Origin: Lingula anatina
Taxonomy: Eukaryota > Animalia > Brachiopoda
Direction of reading: 5' to 3'
NCBI GenBank assembly: GCA_051362555.1
Contig: CM120644.1
Span: forward strand, 4,162,954 to 4,226,953
DNA length: 64,000 nucleotides
In this document: piece by piece, positions 1 to 15,096 of the stretch
Numbering within the stretch: position 1 is the first letter of the stretch
Layout of the letters: every line of letters begins with the position of its first letter
Made by a program: the position numbers and the translations under genes
Notes under the pieces: model-generated
Database searches by the model: none
What the model saw: only the letters and a program-made list of their open reading frames with translations
Told to the model about the DNA's origin: nothing

Positions 1-1025
1 GTTCAGTTATTACTGCACTTGGAAAAATATTTGATAAGTAGCAGCAGCTTCCGTTGTTTTGTGTGTCAGTTGGCAGTTAGTTTGACCTCCCTCTGGCCTA
101 TACTGTGTGTTATGAATGACCGGTCAAAAAAAAAGAAAAGTGGCCGCTTTAACAACAGTGTGTGTTTAATTTCAGCTACAAGTTTAAGATGGATGCTGAA
201 GACAGGGTGAAAAATGATACGTTTTATAATTTTTTTTTTCTCAATGTTGAAGACATTTAAAGAAGAAATGCAACGTTTTAAAACTAGTTTTGAACAATGC
301 TTTGTGTGGGTTAGTTTTTTTTATGGTTGGAGAAAAGCTATCATGACTTAACAAAAATTTAGATTTACTGATGTTGGAAAAAAGTTGAAAACAACTTGAC
401 TGAAGAAGGCCGCAGGTTGTAAGGTGCCTCGTATTAATGGACCCCGCTAAAAGGATTCATGAAACTTTAAACTCTTCAAGAATTTATACTCTTTTAACCA
501 AAGCAATGTTCTCCTGATTCGAAAAGTCGAAACTCTTTTTGAAAGACTTAACAGCCCTTGACTGGAATGTAAGCTGGGGGCAATTTGATATAACATCTAA
601 ACGCTCTTAAAGGTAGTCTTGGACGGCTAAGTGAGATGTGGAAATCCAAGTGTTCCAGGGAGACAGCTGCAGTGACAGTGTGTTGCTGGTACGTGCCCTG
701 GGACGGTTCAATTCAAGTGCCTACTCAAGATAAACTGTCTTAATAAAGGTCTTTTTCAGGGCTGGAGTAATCCCCTTCTCTCTTCTCCCCCCCCCCCCCC
801 CCCTCCCCCTTCAATTCTATCTCCCTAATGTGTCTGAAGATATTTCATCATTGTTGGTTTGGGGGGGGGTCAATTTGTAAAATGACAAGGTTTTCAGAGC
901 TACATTAATCTGTTTCTCTCTCCTCTCACATTACATTTTTAATTGTGCCTGTGGGGTGGCGGGGGGGGGGGGGGTAGCACACATGAGATAACTCGGGTCA
1001 GATCCTATTCGTATAGAGATAGAGT

Positions 1026-1125
<100 letters not shown>

Positions 1126-2833
1126 TCCAACCTCCATGGAAACCATCCTAAAACACGGTGGTTGTCACTAAAAGACTAAAAAAACCTATGCGGGAGTCTG
1201 TGCAACCTCCAGGCATATATATACCAATACCCAGTCTGTTGTAAGCTGAGCTAGTTTCTGTTGTGTAAACGTTCCTTTTGGCCAGTTGTGCAATGGTGGT
1301 TAACAGTCTGGACAGAGAGGACTTGGGGAGGAAGCTGTGCCTGGTGTCTCACTCAACTCATTTCACGGTCCATTATTTTATGGTGACCCTTCTGCACGCG
1401 GGATTAACTTAAACTACTGCCCATTGTCCACCTGAGGCGGGTGGTGTGTTAAAGGGACAGTTAAGTAAAATTGGGGCCCATTCACAGTTAATTGTGGCAT
1501 GCTGACCAGTTGTTAGTGATTAAATGTTTTATTATAAATCAATGGCATTTTCCATTAAATTTTTCAGTTTTTCACAATCTTCTTTGAAATTTTTACTAAC
1601 TGGCTTAAAGACCAATGCAAATTCAACTGAATCCACAGTAAAAGACATCTGAGATTGCTGGGCCCACATTGCTGTAGTTCTGGAGGTATTTGATTTTGCT
1701 TTTTGAATAGATTTAGATATATTCTTCCTAAGTGAAGTATGGTGAGGTATGGTCTCTTCTCACTGAGGTTCAGGAGCTGTCATTGTTTCATGTATTGGTA
1801 TACATATATATATTTGTGCCAGACATAAGACTTGAACTATCCATGGCCCAAACATTTGCTTTCTTAAGGTTGGATTTGTCTGCAGTCTTGGAGCCAGACA
1901 TTGGTTTCGGACCATAAACACTGACCATGTAACAAGTGACCGCTTGCCTGGCTGTCTCCCTATCTGACAAGCTGACCAAAGTGGTCTAAATCTGTGCAGG
2001 ATTAAGTAAATTGGATTACTGAACATTAAGTAAATTAAGGAACAGTTGGTCATTTATTTGGCTGTGTGGCAATATTTGCATGGGCTGTCAATATTCAGCA
2101 AAATAAATGAGAAACAGTTGTCACTGATGGCCTGTTGAAGTTGGTCAGTCTGGACAGCTTTGGACAATATTTGCATTAGTTGTGGATATTTAACAAAATG
2201 AATGTGAAATACTGGTAATGGTCAGTTGAAAATGGTCAGTTGGCCCATAGAATAAGCAATTTGACCCCAGGGGAAGTTTTCTTTCATGTGCAATAAGTTT
2301 TCCTTAATGTGAACATTGAAAATATTGGACTCATTATTTATAATAGGAAGCTGGTATTGAGTACAAGGTTTTACCTTGTTTTAACCCCCCCCCCTCCAAA
2401 AAAAAAAAAAAGAAAGAAAGAGAAAAAACTCAACTCGCCCCACCCCTCAAATGTTATCATACCTGTCCAAGTACAGGCCATAGCCTGTCTTCTCCAAACT
2501 GACCAGTGTTGATTGGTAAATCAGGCTGGCCATATTATTTCCAGCCCAGAGTACACCCCCCCCTCTCACCCTGCCATACCTAGGGTAGTGGTCAGTGTAC
2601 ATACCAGACCCAGCAGTGGTCAAACTGCCCCAGCAGGGCAGGAAGTGGCCAAAATACCAGTCCACTTGATCCACTGCCCATCTTGATGACCACACACCTT
2701 TGCTGCTATATTTACTACTGCTATGGAGATTATGTTTCTGGCTATGTCTGTGTTTGTGTGTCTGTTAGATTTGACTTGTACTACTAGAGTGAATTCCGGA
2801 GCCTCCCTCCCTCTCTCTCTCTCTTTCTCTCTT

Positions 2834-2866
<33 letters not shown>

Positions 2867-5711
2867 TGCCTATCATGAAAACAAAACGATCTTCCTTGGT
2901 CGGAAATAATTAGGCATTGGAAGTTAAAAAGTTCATCCACATATTTTGACCACTTGACTTGTTGACCAGTAGATGCCAGCTTAAAGCATAGGGCGGGGCC
3001 TTACTTAAAGTGCCTGCAGTTTTTCTGCAAAGACTATTAAATAGACTGAGTATAATTTATTGTGCACTGGTCAGAGACTGATTTTGATTTGTAAAATCAA
3101 GGTGAATTGGGTTAGAATTAACTTTGAAGAGGTAAAAAACTTATCAAATTCCACACAGTTAGCAAGATACAGGACTTTTTCAGGCAGATAAGGGGGGAAA
3201 ATATTCAGGAATTATTTGTAATAAGGAAAGGGTGTCGTCAATGGATTAAGGCTTATATTTTAGGTTTATATTGCGTTAAAGTGTCATGGCTAGTCTTGAT
3301 TTAGTCAGTGTGTCGGTAAAGAAGTAAAGCGATTGGAAATGGTTGATAATGGATTGAGTCTGGAATCATATTTCTGTGGATTAGAAAAGTGCTTGGTTGC
3401 AGGTTTTCGTGCCCTGTGCTAGATTTTTGTCAGCAGACAGTCACTGGACGGAATTACAAAGATCAGACCAAGGTTAACTTGGTTAGGAGGAAAAATTTTG
3501 GGTTATGTAAGAACATGCATGGGTCGGACAGACAGAGGCCTTTGATATAAGGAAAAAATAACGATAAGGGAAAAAATATAATAGTTGTTTTACAAAAAAA
3601 AAGTATTTTATGGATTTTTTTTTATTATTATTGTTGGAAACTGTCTTATTATTGGAAAGAATATTTGGAGAAGAAAGGAAGAAAGAAAAATTATTTTAAA
3701 AAATTACTTTCACATAAAGTCCATAATAAGATTGGTTATCTTTGTGTCACAAGACAGTGTCTCTAAAAGATTTGAAATAAAACCATGTTCTTAATCCATG
3801 AAAACACCTTGTAATAAACTAATGGCACATCTTAAATATACAGGAAAAACTCCATGGTGGTTATTATTTGTGAGGAAATCAATATTTACTTAATTGCTTG
3901 CATTTTTTACTCTTAGAACAGCAAAAGCGTATATGAAATTCTGTATATTGTGAATCAGAATGACATTTAACATTATCCCTGAAATTGAATACGACAACCA
4001 ATCTTATATAATTCTGGGACTGTAATGAAAAAATGAGACTGCTGTAAAGGTTGTTTGATGAGTTTTTCCTTGAACTTGCTCTGATCCCTGCACAGCAAAT
4101 ACTGAAGTGTTGTGGCAGAATGGAGAAACAGGAAGCAAATATTTACAGTAGGAGAGGTAGAGAGACTGAGACACCTGAGGGCGCAAGGCGAGGGACGTAC
4201 AACCTGGGAGAGATTTACACATGTACCACTTACTACAACTGAGCACTGAAGATTGTTTAATCTTCCAGAGTTCTATTTTATGTGTACATTTTAGAATCAT
4301 GTTGGAGTATGTGGAGCATGTTTTAAGGCTATAGATAGGTGTCTAGTAGGGTGGTTTCTCCTCTTGTTTTCATGGATGTGCACAGCTTGAGATAAGAGGG
4401 GAGCTGTGTTGGTTGAATACATGATAACAGTGTAGTGTTTTTATGGGAGTTTCTTAGAACTGTCTGCACATTTTTAAATGAATTTCTCAAGGATCTGATT
4501 TCACTACTACTACTATGTGTGCTGTTACCTAAAATGTCCACCCTCTCTCTCTCTCTCTCTCTCATAGATCTACAAGTCACTGGAGAAAAACGTGAGGGGG
4601 GGGACTAAATTGTCTCACTTTCAAGATTTGATTGTTTATTTTGAAAAATGAATGGCTGCCTTTGATACCCACTATCAGATATCCAGGAAATGGGTTTTCA
4701 AATAAACACTGTAAATTGTCTTGTACAACCATTAGCAAAGAAATTGTATTTGTATATGAAAATAAACTTGAAAGTGCAATTCCATTAAATTGTTTATGGA
4801 TTTTTAACACTGAAGAAACTGCTTTGACTTTTTTCTCTATTTTCTTGTGATTTGCTTTTTCTGGGGCACACAAAAACCTAGCATTCTGTCATGATTTAGC
4901 TATAAATCTTAAGGCCAGAAGCATTCCTTTACTTTAACCCCCATTTGTTTTCAAAATAAATTAAAGCACACTGTGCTAAACCAACAGTCTCATGTAGATC
5001 AGATTTATTAGTATGGATGAAAAAATCTTACAGCAAATATATCTTAATTAAACACTCCTATAAGTTCCATGAAGCCTGGCTTCTGCAAAGTTGCTAAAGG
5101 AAGACAGATGACTTCCGTTCTGTCTCAGGTGGATATTTAAAATGTGGAATCATCATCACACTTTTTATAAGAGGTTTACATGTGTAGAACAAGTGTAGCT
5201 TCCGTTTGACGTAATGCGTTATTAAATCCAGTGGCACACCAAGGATATCCAGGAAAAAGGGAGGGGGTTAACTTTTTTTTTCTTCAGCATCTTTATCTCG
5301 TTTTTATTTTCTTCACTGTGTTATATAAAACATTCATCTTCCTCTTGGAGAAATGTACATTTGCTACCATGATTTGTGTGTGGACTTACTGAAATAACTT
5401 GAAGACTGTTTTTTTAGGATACATCCTCATTAATGTTTTAGACCGTGTTTGTCAGTCCTCTTGGTTTGATAACTAAATGTAATGTTAACATTGGAATTTC
5501 AACATGTTAAAACTTGTGCCATATGTACAGACAGTGCAATAAATTGCCGTTTTGTATTGTTGGGATTTAGATTTGTTATGAGTCATGTTGTACCAACTTG
5601 TTCAACTTCCTCTTGACTTTAATGTTTGTTCATCGTTATTTATGTGCACAGAAGGCCATAGGGGAAAAGTTTTTACCCTTCCTGCATTTTTACTGTAAGA
5701 TTAATTTCAGT

Positions 5712-5747
<36 letters not shown>

Positions 5748-6368
5748 AAATTCTGTTTGGCAAAACTAGCTGAACCATTTACCTTTTTCAGTCATGTTCT
5801 TTGGATTCACTTTCAAAATTAAAATTAACAATACTCTGAGGATGAAATGGCCTGTAATTAATTTACAATCTATTGAGATGTGCAGTCCGAAGTATTTGAT
5901 ATGATTTATCAACTCCTTTGTATTAACAGTTGACCAAAATAAGATACATTTTAGCTACCTGCAAAACAAAATAAGAAAATGTTGTCAGCACAAAAAAGTT
6001 ATGTCCATTGTCTCTGACAGTACTGCTATCTTCATTGTAGGCGGTGTTCCCACTGTTATATTTGACTTCAGATGTGGAGTTTACCTGGTAGGGACAATAC
6101 TACAATGGCTTCTGTCACCCTCGGGCAGCCATGTTGATATTAATGCTCAAGGGTCCTTGTGTATACTAGTATCTAACTGACACTCACTGATTCCTTGAAT
6201 GGCGTATGACCATAAAATAAGCAGTCATCAATACAGCTTTATATAGCCAACTTCTGAATATTTAGACCTTGGGAGGCTAAAAATTGTGTTTTCTGAGCTA
6301 ATTTTCTGGGTCTCTTGTGTGGGTGAGGGACACTGCCAGTATAACTTGCCACACCATGAGCAACAGCT

Positions 6369-6402
<34 letters not shown>

Positions 6403-7100
6403 CCAAAAATAAATAAGGCCCATATGCAGGCCCATCAAGCAACCAAACGTGAATGTAGCCCTTTCTCTTACTTTCCATCCAAAATGATTACATTTTTTCT
6501 CCCTGTCTTCAGTCCAAAATGATTATATACCTTTCCCAAATTCCAACAAAAAATGTGTTGGGTACACATGCACCCCCTGAGTATGCAATAAGCATTAACA
6601 TTTTTTCATGTCAGAACTTCTGAAGAATAGAATGCCTCTGTAAGTTTAAGATATCATATTCTCAGAAAGTTCTTTGATCAATAATGTAGGGCTCAGTCAA
6701 GTGAAGACGAGTTAATCGTGAAGAAGTGATATGTGTTTCTTTCGATCTTTTTAGACTTGGTGTTTGCCAGTGTTGCATTATGATCAAAAGCTTCTTTAAT
6801 GCTTAATTGCTCACTCATGGGATTTTAGTTTAATGGCTTTTTTTTGTGTGTATTGGTGTTTTTGATTAACAGTAATAATGATATTGTTTCTGTAGGTGCC
6901 TATCAATACATAAGATAACATAACATAACATAACATAACATAACATAGACATTCTGTGATGATCAGGCCCATGGGGGGAGAGAGAACTGCCCTTTTAACC
7001 AGAATAGGTTACCTCTGAATCAATAATTGGTCTACATTGTCTCAAAATTGGCCAACCAAGCAAGTAAAGAAATAAAGTCCACCTTTTCATAAAATACAAC

Positions 7101-7135
<35 letters not shown>

Positions 7136-8999
7136 ACCTTTCTTCTCTTTGATATTGCTGACAACAGGACTGATGTTCTTCAATTAAACAAATATGTTCT
7201 AGGCAGACATAATACACACAAACAGCAGTGAACCAATATTGCATTCAACACATTTATGTGGTACAGCTAACGCAATCAGTTCATACACATGGTTATCCTT
7301 TTTAAGGGCTTCTTTATACCAGCAATGGTGCCTGAGGTGTGGATATTTAGTATGCTGCCCCCACGTTGTATTTGTATGATATTGGTAGGTCTTGCCAGTG
7401 TTTCATAAAGAGCACAGGTTTCACAAATTGTTTTGTTTGTGTCATAACAGTAGAAGAAACCTGGGTTGACTTCATTACATCCTCCACAGTGTGCTTTTCA
7501 TGTTCTAACACCTTCCTTCCACCTAGAGAAAAAAATGTTTCTAAAAGGAAGAATATAAAAGCAGGAAAACTAGGAGGAGGGGGATAGTGAAAAATTTCCC
7601 ATTGGCAAATAGAATTCAAATAAAAACTTCTAATATAGCGATAAATGTGCCGTCCAAGGATATCAGTTATTTACACAAGGTACATTATACAGCAAGTCAT
7701 TATTTACAGTGCACGAGTTGGAAGAATCAAGAAGTTATAATGAGAAGGAGTAGAAACAAGGGGTTTCCTTTCATCCTATCCTCGTAACGGGCTTAATCCT
7801 AATAATTACCCAGCTTGTGGTCTTAGGGAGAGCTTGTGCCTAATACATATTCAAAAGACCATTCACGTGGGTTGCTTCAGCCAATTGGGATAAAGCCTCG
7901 CGAAGTCTCTAATAATCTCACAGAGAAAACATGGTGGGATTACAGAAAGGTGTAGAGAGAGATTTCAAGCCTGGATGCAACCATTTCGGGAAATAAAACT
8001 CAAATTATGCAAGATACACCTTCATTTGATCTAGAGCCGATCAGTTATACAAAATTTAGTTTCACATCAAGAATGTATGAGAACAATTTCACAAACCCAC
8101 CTTCAATGCTAAAATTTGCACCTGTAGAAGTCTCATATTTATTTTAAATTATTTTTGTTGTGTAAAGGCGTGTAAAGGAAATTTACCTTCATCTAGGAAT
8201 GACACATTCAATTCACAGCAGCCGTGTACACAAAACAGTAGTACTTGCAATTTCCGTATGCCAGCCTCGTTTCTTTCTTTTTTGGCACATTATTGCTTAT
8301 ATACCAGGTAGAGCTTAAACAGGAAAATTGGGGAAATGTAAATAAGTTATTGCACTTAGTATGATTCTAAATGAAATTTCATCAATACATATTTTTGTTT
8401 ATATCTTTGTCTATTACATGAGGCCAACTAATAGTAGACTGATAGTTTAAATTCATTAGAAGAAAAAAACAAAGAAATATTTTTATTGATTGATATTGCT
8501 TTATTTCAACATTCGAGCAACTTGTATATTATCTAAAACAAAGTACCAGCAATGAAAATATATCAATATTGTTACACCCAACAGTGATTAAAGCAATACA
8601 AAAATGGTTAGTTTTTATTTTGATGTGGTGATTATTTTATTTTATACTTTAGACAATTAGCCAGTGAACACTAAATTCCCTTTTAAAACTTGGACCACTA
8701 AATTCCCTTTTAAAACTTGCACCTCTTGTGCACTATAGTTTAATATTAGTGGTGGTAAGAAAACAGAGCCTTGTGCCTCATCAAGTTGCTGCTGGAAACA
8801 ATCATTTTGACTGTTCAATTATGGCTACATGTACATCTGCCAGCAAAACTAAAGATCTTTCACCTGCATTCTCTTCAACCTGAAATGAGTAAGTGCGGAA
8901 TTCATTACAAAATATAACTCTATATCCTAAACGAAACTCTGCAAACATCATATTGCAATGAAAAATTGAAAAAAATTCCGAGAGTTCCCTGTCATCAAA

Positions 9000-9580
9000 T
9001 TTTGGACCCACCATTTTGAAAAAGTCCCATGAAAAGTTGTTTATTTGAAATGATGTTTTTCATCTAAAGGATTGATTCATTTAATATCACAATGTTATAT
9101 TGTAATGGTGCACGTGCTTAACTAACCAGAAAAACATAAATTATGTGCTTACACCACGTTAAAATTAGCAAAAATTGTCCCAAACTGTCACCCAACTGTC
9201 TCTAACCAATTTAGGGACCCGCCATTTTGAAAAAGTCGGATGAAAAGTTGTCTATTTGAAACGATGTTTTTCATCTAAAGGATTGACTCATTTAATATAA
9301 CTATGATGTATTGTAATGGTGCACGTGCTTAACTAACCAGAAAAACATAAATTATCTGCATACACCACGTTTAAATTACCAAAAATTGTCCCAAACTGTC
9401 ACCCAACTGTCTCTAACCAATTTAGGGACCCGCCATTTTGAAAAAATAGGATGAAAAGTTGTCTATTTGAAACGATGTTTTTCATCTAAAGGATTGACTC
9501 ATTTAATACTAAAGGGATGTATTGTAATGATGCACGTGCTTAACTAACCAGAAAAACATAAATTATGTGCATACATCACG
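9000..9580. repeat. About 2.7 tandem copies of a 211-bp unit, probably inside a non-autonomous element (about 8870-10115)
   Basis: gaccc(a/g)ccattttgaaaaa recurs at about 9005, 9216 and 9427. A CpG-richer block follows, unlike the host intron. Confidence 0.75.
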
Positions 9581-11101
9581 CACTTAAGAAGAAAAAAGTC
9601 CTAAACATGGAGGTCCCGCTGAATCGGCCTCAGATCTTCGAACTAACGCTGCTTTCTGCACTGACAAATTTGACTGACAGCCACCGTATGAACATAAAAC
9701 AATGCTCAAAGCAGATTATCAACTCTCACTCACCTTTATATCGCTCGACTTGGCGTTTTTCTAAGTATAACTTCCAAATATTCGCATTAAACATGAATAA
9801 ATCAAGACGTATACGCACTGGTTCAGCTTCTCCGTCTTGAGTCACGCGGAGGCGAGCGGAGGATTAGACCAGTTACGAGGATCGAATTTCAAAGGACGCC
9901 GCTTTGAAAAGAATGCTGCGATCTGATTGGACGAGAGAGATAATTGATGTCCCGTTTCTACTCCTTCTCATTATAACTTCTTGGAAGAATGGAAGTGTAT
10001 CGCAGGAGCAGGCTGTTTGATCTTCCGTACTGTCATCTCATTTGATCTTCATAGAGGAAATCTTTTTGATCTTCGAAGCGTGTAATGGGAAAAACTGTTC
10101 CAGCTTGAACGGTGTAACTGTAGGCATAATGTTAAATTTTCCCCTTAGTAAGGTCTGCTGGGCCAGATAGGGCTGGTGTTTGTTGGTAAGCTGCCGAGTT
10201 CACTGCAGGAACAAATTGGACCACAAGTTGACCTCAATCTGAAAAGATTATGTCAAAAAAAATCCTACTGGAAAATTTTAGAACAGATTGAGAGAAAATG
10301 TTGTATTTTTATCGTAATAACTCATCATCACATGGCTAGATTGTTAAATGTCAATAGGAACTTATGTTTTTTTAAAGTGCATAATCAATTTCTGGTCTGA
10401 AATTTCCCAAGGGTGAATACTAGTAAGGGTTTTGGATGTCTTAGTTGTAGTATTGGTTTTTACTGTTAAACATAGTGTGGGTGCAGCACAGGTGCATTTT
10501 TAATTTTCATCCTCCCTACCCAGATACCCAACTGCATTGGATTTATAAATATATTTTTTAATCTTACTTGGAAAAGGTATTCTCATCTATCTTTCAACAG
10601 ATTCCTTTATGGTTATTATCTCCAAGGTAGTTTTCATCTGTGCCAACATTTGTTTGGTAAGATAAGATGCACTGTTGCTGGTTTCTGACTGTGGATACCT
10701 TTTTGCAAACCAGCCGTGAAAATGCCTCTCCCAAAAAACAGTTATAGTAAAGGAACAGACACAGAGATTGATTGGTTTCACCAGCATTGTTACTGTAACT
10801 TAAGGAATAAATCTTGACATTTGTTGGCTGGAGATGCTTCTTCTCCAACCGTCCGTAAAATACCAAGGGAGTCATCTTGAATTTATTAGTCAGTTTGTTC
10901 TTTCTTCTTCTGAAACTTCTGAAGACTAATTGCTGTTGTTAACAAGGAATTACCTGTACCTGGATATCATGAATTGCAAAAAAAGAGAAAAAAAATCATT
11001 CTTGTTGGCAGAGGTCACCTGCCAACCTGATTATTTAGGGAATCACTTTTCCCTTCTCAGTGCAAAAGTTTGGGGCTGCAGGCCCATCAAATAAAATATA
11101 T

Positions 11102-11133
<32 letters not shown>

Positions 11134-11376
11134 TTTTTCACGTCGATAAAATCAGATGAAAGTTTGTGTTTTGATGGTGGAGATGGGAGTGACAGAATAA
11201 AGAAATTTAAGACAAATGAACAGCAAGCCAATGTACATGACATAGAATTGTTGTGTTGGTCTTCGGTGGTGTTAGTATCCCTTGCCCATATCTTGCCTCA
11301 TCTCTGGGCTTCCGTTGTTGGTGGCTGTCCCATTCAAAAGGTTCTTGTCTTGCCGTTCTTCAGTCACTTTTCAATG

Positions 11377-11430
<54 letters not shown>

Positions 11431-11434
<4 letters not shown>

Positions 11435-13213
11435 ATGTACAGACACAGATGTGTCTGTACATATTGCCATCACCTGCGTCTGTCGTCGCCGTCGCCGATG
11501 CCGGCGCCGTGCACTTTCCTTGTTAACACGATAAGTGGAGGGCAGTTTTACTTTTTGGCTTTATATTTACAGAGCTGATGAATATTCATAAAACGCAGGT
11601 CAAGTTCGAAAATCAGCATGATCGGGCCATTATTGTAGAAGTTATGCTGTTTTTTCACTTTTCAGCATATATGCAACCCTGTTAACACATTTTAAGGAAA
11701 ACCGATAGGCCTGTTGTCATGAAACTCACAGGAGTAATCAATCTTACTAAAACGCAGGTCAAGTTCGAAAATCGGCATGATCGGGCCACTATTTTAGTAG
11801 TTATGCTGTTTTTTCACTTTTTAGGATATATGCAACACTGTAAACACAATATAAGAAAAACAGATAGACCAAATGTCATTAAACTCACAGGAGTGGTCAA
11901 TCTTACTAAAATGTAGGTTGAGTTTGAAAATTAGTATAATCGGGCCATTGTTTTAGAAGTCATGCTGTTTTTTCACATTTCCTCAAATTCAATTCTTAGG
12001 CATGTTAACAATCTTATTATTTAATTAATAAAGCACATAAAAGTGTTTGTTTGACATTTCCTGCATCTTTACAACATTGTTAGTTGATTATGTAGAAATG
12101 ATGGTAAACTTGTTATCGTGTATTGTGTAATAAAGTGTCAAAAATGGAAATAAACTCATATCAGTCAGATTCAATCATTTACCATGTTCAGAATGTCAGA
12201 ATGGAGGAAATTGGACATTTGACACAGTTCTATTGATATTTGTCCCATCTCATCAATTTTCTTAGTTGATCATATAAAAATGGCAGTAAACTGTTTATTT
12301 CATCTTATATTAAAAAAGTGTTAAAAATGGAAATAAACCCATTTCAGCACAGTGCTGTCTAGTTTACATTTTGGCATATTCAAGGTGTCACTTTGAAGTT
12401 CCATGGGCATGAAGACCTTTGCTAGTCACATTTTCTGAATATACATGATATTATTAAAATTGATGATCATTATGCTGTTAAACATTATGTAATATTGCAT
12501 CAAAATTTGAAAATAAATCTATTTTGGGCACTGCTCCCATGATGACCATTTAAGGAAAACCATGCCATTTACTGTTCTCAAACTTACAGAAAGAAACATG
12601 GGACTTGAATACAGCTTCAGTAGGCAATGCAATCTGTTTGGTAATTCTTTCTGCCGGTTAAACAGTTTTTTTGTGAAATTTTAATTTTTCACATATTGGC
12701 ATTTTCAAGGTGTGACTTTGAAGTTCCACAGGCTTGAAGACCCATGCTAGTCACATTTTCTGAAAATCCATGATACCTTTATTTTATTATTAAAAATTGA
12801 TTGTCATTATGCTGTTAACCATTATGTAATATTGCATCAGAATAGAAGAACACACAATTTTGGGTGCTGCTGCCATGAAAACCATTATGGGAAAACCATG
12901 TTACTTATGATTGCCAAACTTTCAAAAAAGAAATACAGGACTAAAATGCAGCCTGAGTTGAAAAAGCAGTCTAATTGACTTCTTTTTCTGGAAGTTATAC
13001 ATTTTCAAAGTGTGAACTTGAACTCCAATGGGGCTGAAGCCTTATGCTTGTTACACATTTTACTTACATTGGAATTACCTGTTGAGCATAATTAAAATTT
13101 GATGTTGAATTTGCAGTTTAACATAATGTACTTTTGCATCAGAATTGACAGTACCCTATTTTGTTTTTTCCTTCTTTTTGTCTGTACATTTGACAGCTTT
13201 GCTGCCTTGTTTT
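11431..13213 (+). mobile_element. Helentron-associated (HINE/DINE-1-like) non-autonomous element
   Basis: Inserted in a T-run. 5' hairpin tatgtacagacac-agat-gtgtctgtacata (11434-11463), a (gtcgcc)-type microsatellite, internal tandem repeats of about 159 bp and about 330 bp, and a 3' sub-terminal copy tgtctgtaca (about 13180) followed by a short hairpin and Ts. Confidence 0.7.
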
Positions 13214-13440
13214 AGTCATGTCTCACCTTCATCTTGGTACTTCATGCTGTCATGGCGGCCCTATTGTTTCAGGATCAGAATACAGTGACTACGCTTATTA
13301 CAGGATAACACGGCCTTTAACCAAGTAGATGGATGATTTTAGCCACATTAATTGTCTGAACTAAATGAGTGATGAATATTAGTGAAGAATAGAAACATAT
13401 TTGAATTTCCCTTGACTAGAGTAGAATATGTGAAGCATAT

Positions 13441-13479
<39 letters not shown>

Positions 13480-13758
13480 TTATTTTTTTTTTTTTATCAT
13501 GAAAAGAATTAATACTTTTTCATTTTGTAAAGATGTAATTAATAACATTGGAAAGGCAGTTTATTATAACTTATGTCCCAGCATAAAGTCCTGAGTCTTA
13601 CTACACTGGGAATTGTCACTTTATTCTTTTGGTGGTGTCATGGCAGAGCAGGGACAGTGGGGCAGACAGATCACCTGCAGGCATTTTGAAAACACATGCA
13701 GTCCCTTTCTTTTTGTATTACATGCATTTGTACTCTCTCACACTCATTACTCTTTCAT

Positions 13759-13796
<38 letters not shown>

Positions 13797-14651
13797 TTGC
13801 ATGCGAAAACATGTATTTATCTTTCGACAAATTTTTCAGCTTTTGTAGTTGGCTGCTATGGTATTTTGTTCCCTACAAACCAGTTACATATTCTCAGCAT
13901 TTCTGTTATTGCAATGGATCTCTCTTCTTGAAACAAAAAAAAGAACATCATCAACATCAGGCAAATTTCATTTCAATCCTCTTTCCTCTGCCAGAAAAGA
14001 GTGATGGTTACTACTTGAAGCTGGTATAAATTTGGCCCTCTTCTTCACCAGTACATGAAAAGAGGGTGTCTACTTGGAAAACTGGCATCTCAGTACTTGA
14101 GTGTGGCCATTTTAAATCTAAACAGTAATATCCCATGGTTGCTGTAGCTTTTTTTCTTCTCTTTTTGGAATTTAGAACTAATACATCATGATATTTTCCC
14201 AGTAAACCCCTTATTACTATTAGAATGTTTTTGTTTTTTTTTTTTTAATTTTATTTTATTCATTTTAATTTTTAATTAAGCAACATGCGTGCCTTCTCTT
14301 TTCACCTATTTGTGATATGAAAAGAAAAACTTAGCAAGACTAAACACTGGGAAACATAAAATAAGTATTGGGAAACAAATTACAAAGATAAAGTGTGGTG
14401 CAGGAAAACCTTAATTACAAATTAACATAGTAGCGAAGGAACACAGGAAGTGAGCTCTTTGTCAGAATAAAACTGGGTGTCAGACCAGCATGTTTGGCCT
14501 GGGAGGAATTTGACCCCTTGACCCCTGGTCAAGAGCAGAGGGAGATTAACACTGGGCACTGAAGGTCACTTGACATGAGAGAGAGAACAAAAAAAAATGG
14601 AGAGAGTCAGAGAGAGAGAGAGCAAAATAATGAAGAGGGTGTGGAACCCTT

Positions 14652-14760
14652 CCCTTAGCAAAATGAAGTTTGCAAAAAAAAAATTTCTTGTTGCTTATTT
14701 ACAGCCATATTACGGCAATATTGCAGCAAATTTGCAACAGGCCTAAAATTTTGCTTAGGG
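14652..14760. mobile_element. Small MITE with CCC...GGG ends (CACTA/EnSpm-like)
   Basis: 13-bp TIR ccct(t/a)agcaaaat with one mismatch; TT on both flanks. Confidence 0.45.
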
Positions 14761-15096
14761 TTGAAACTTGACTTACGGAATTGGAAAAAGAGGGAGAGAG
14801 ATATTGCTCGTGTTGCATATGTCGACATTTATATTATATTGTATTATGAAGTTTTAAACATAATGAAAAGTAAAAACAAAATATTTACAAAAGGCTTGAT
14901 ATGACTAGATGAGTTAACAGGTTGTAAAAAGAGAAAAAATTTTGATGTCTGGGTTTGAGAATAATGCCATGATGTTCAAAAGACCATTTTTAAAAGAATT
15001 TATAAGGTTCAGTCTAAAAGTCATACATACAAACATTTTGAAACAATCACATTCTTTTTATCAGAAATTGAATTCTATCAATATTTTTACTTTCAG

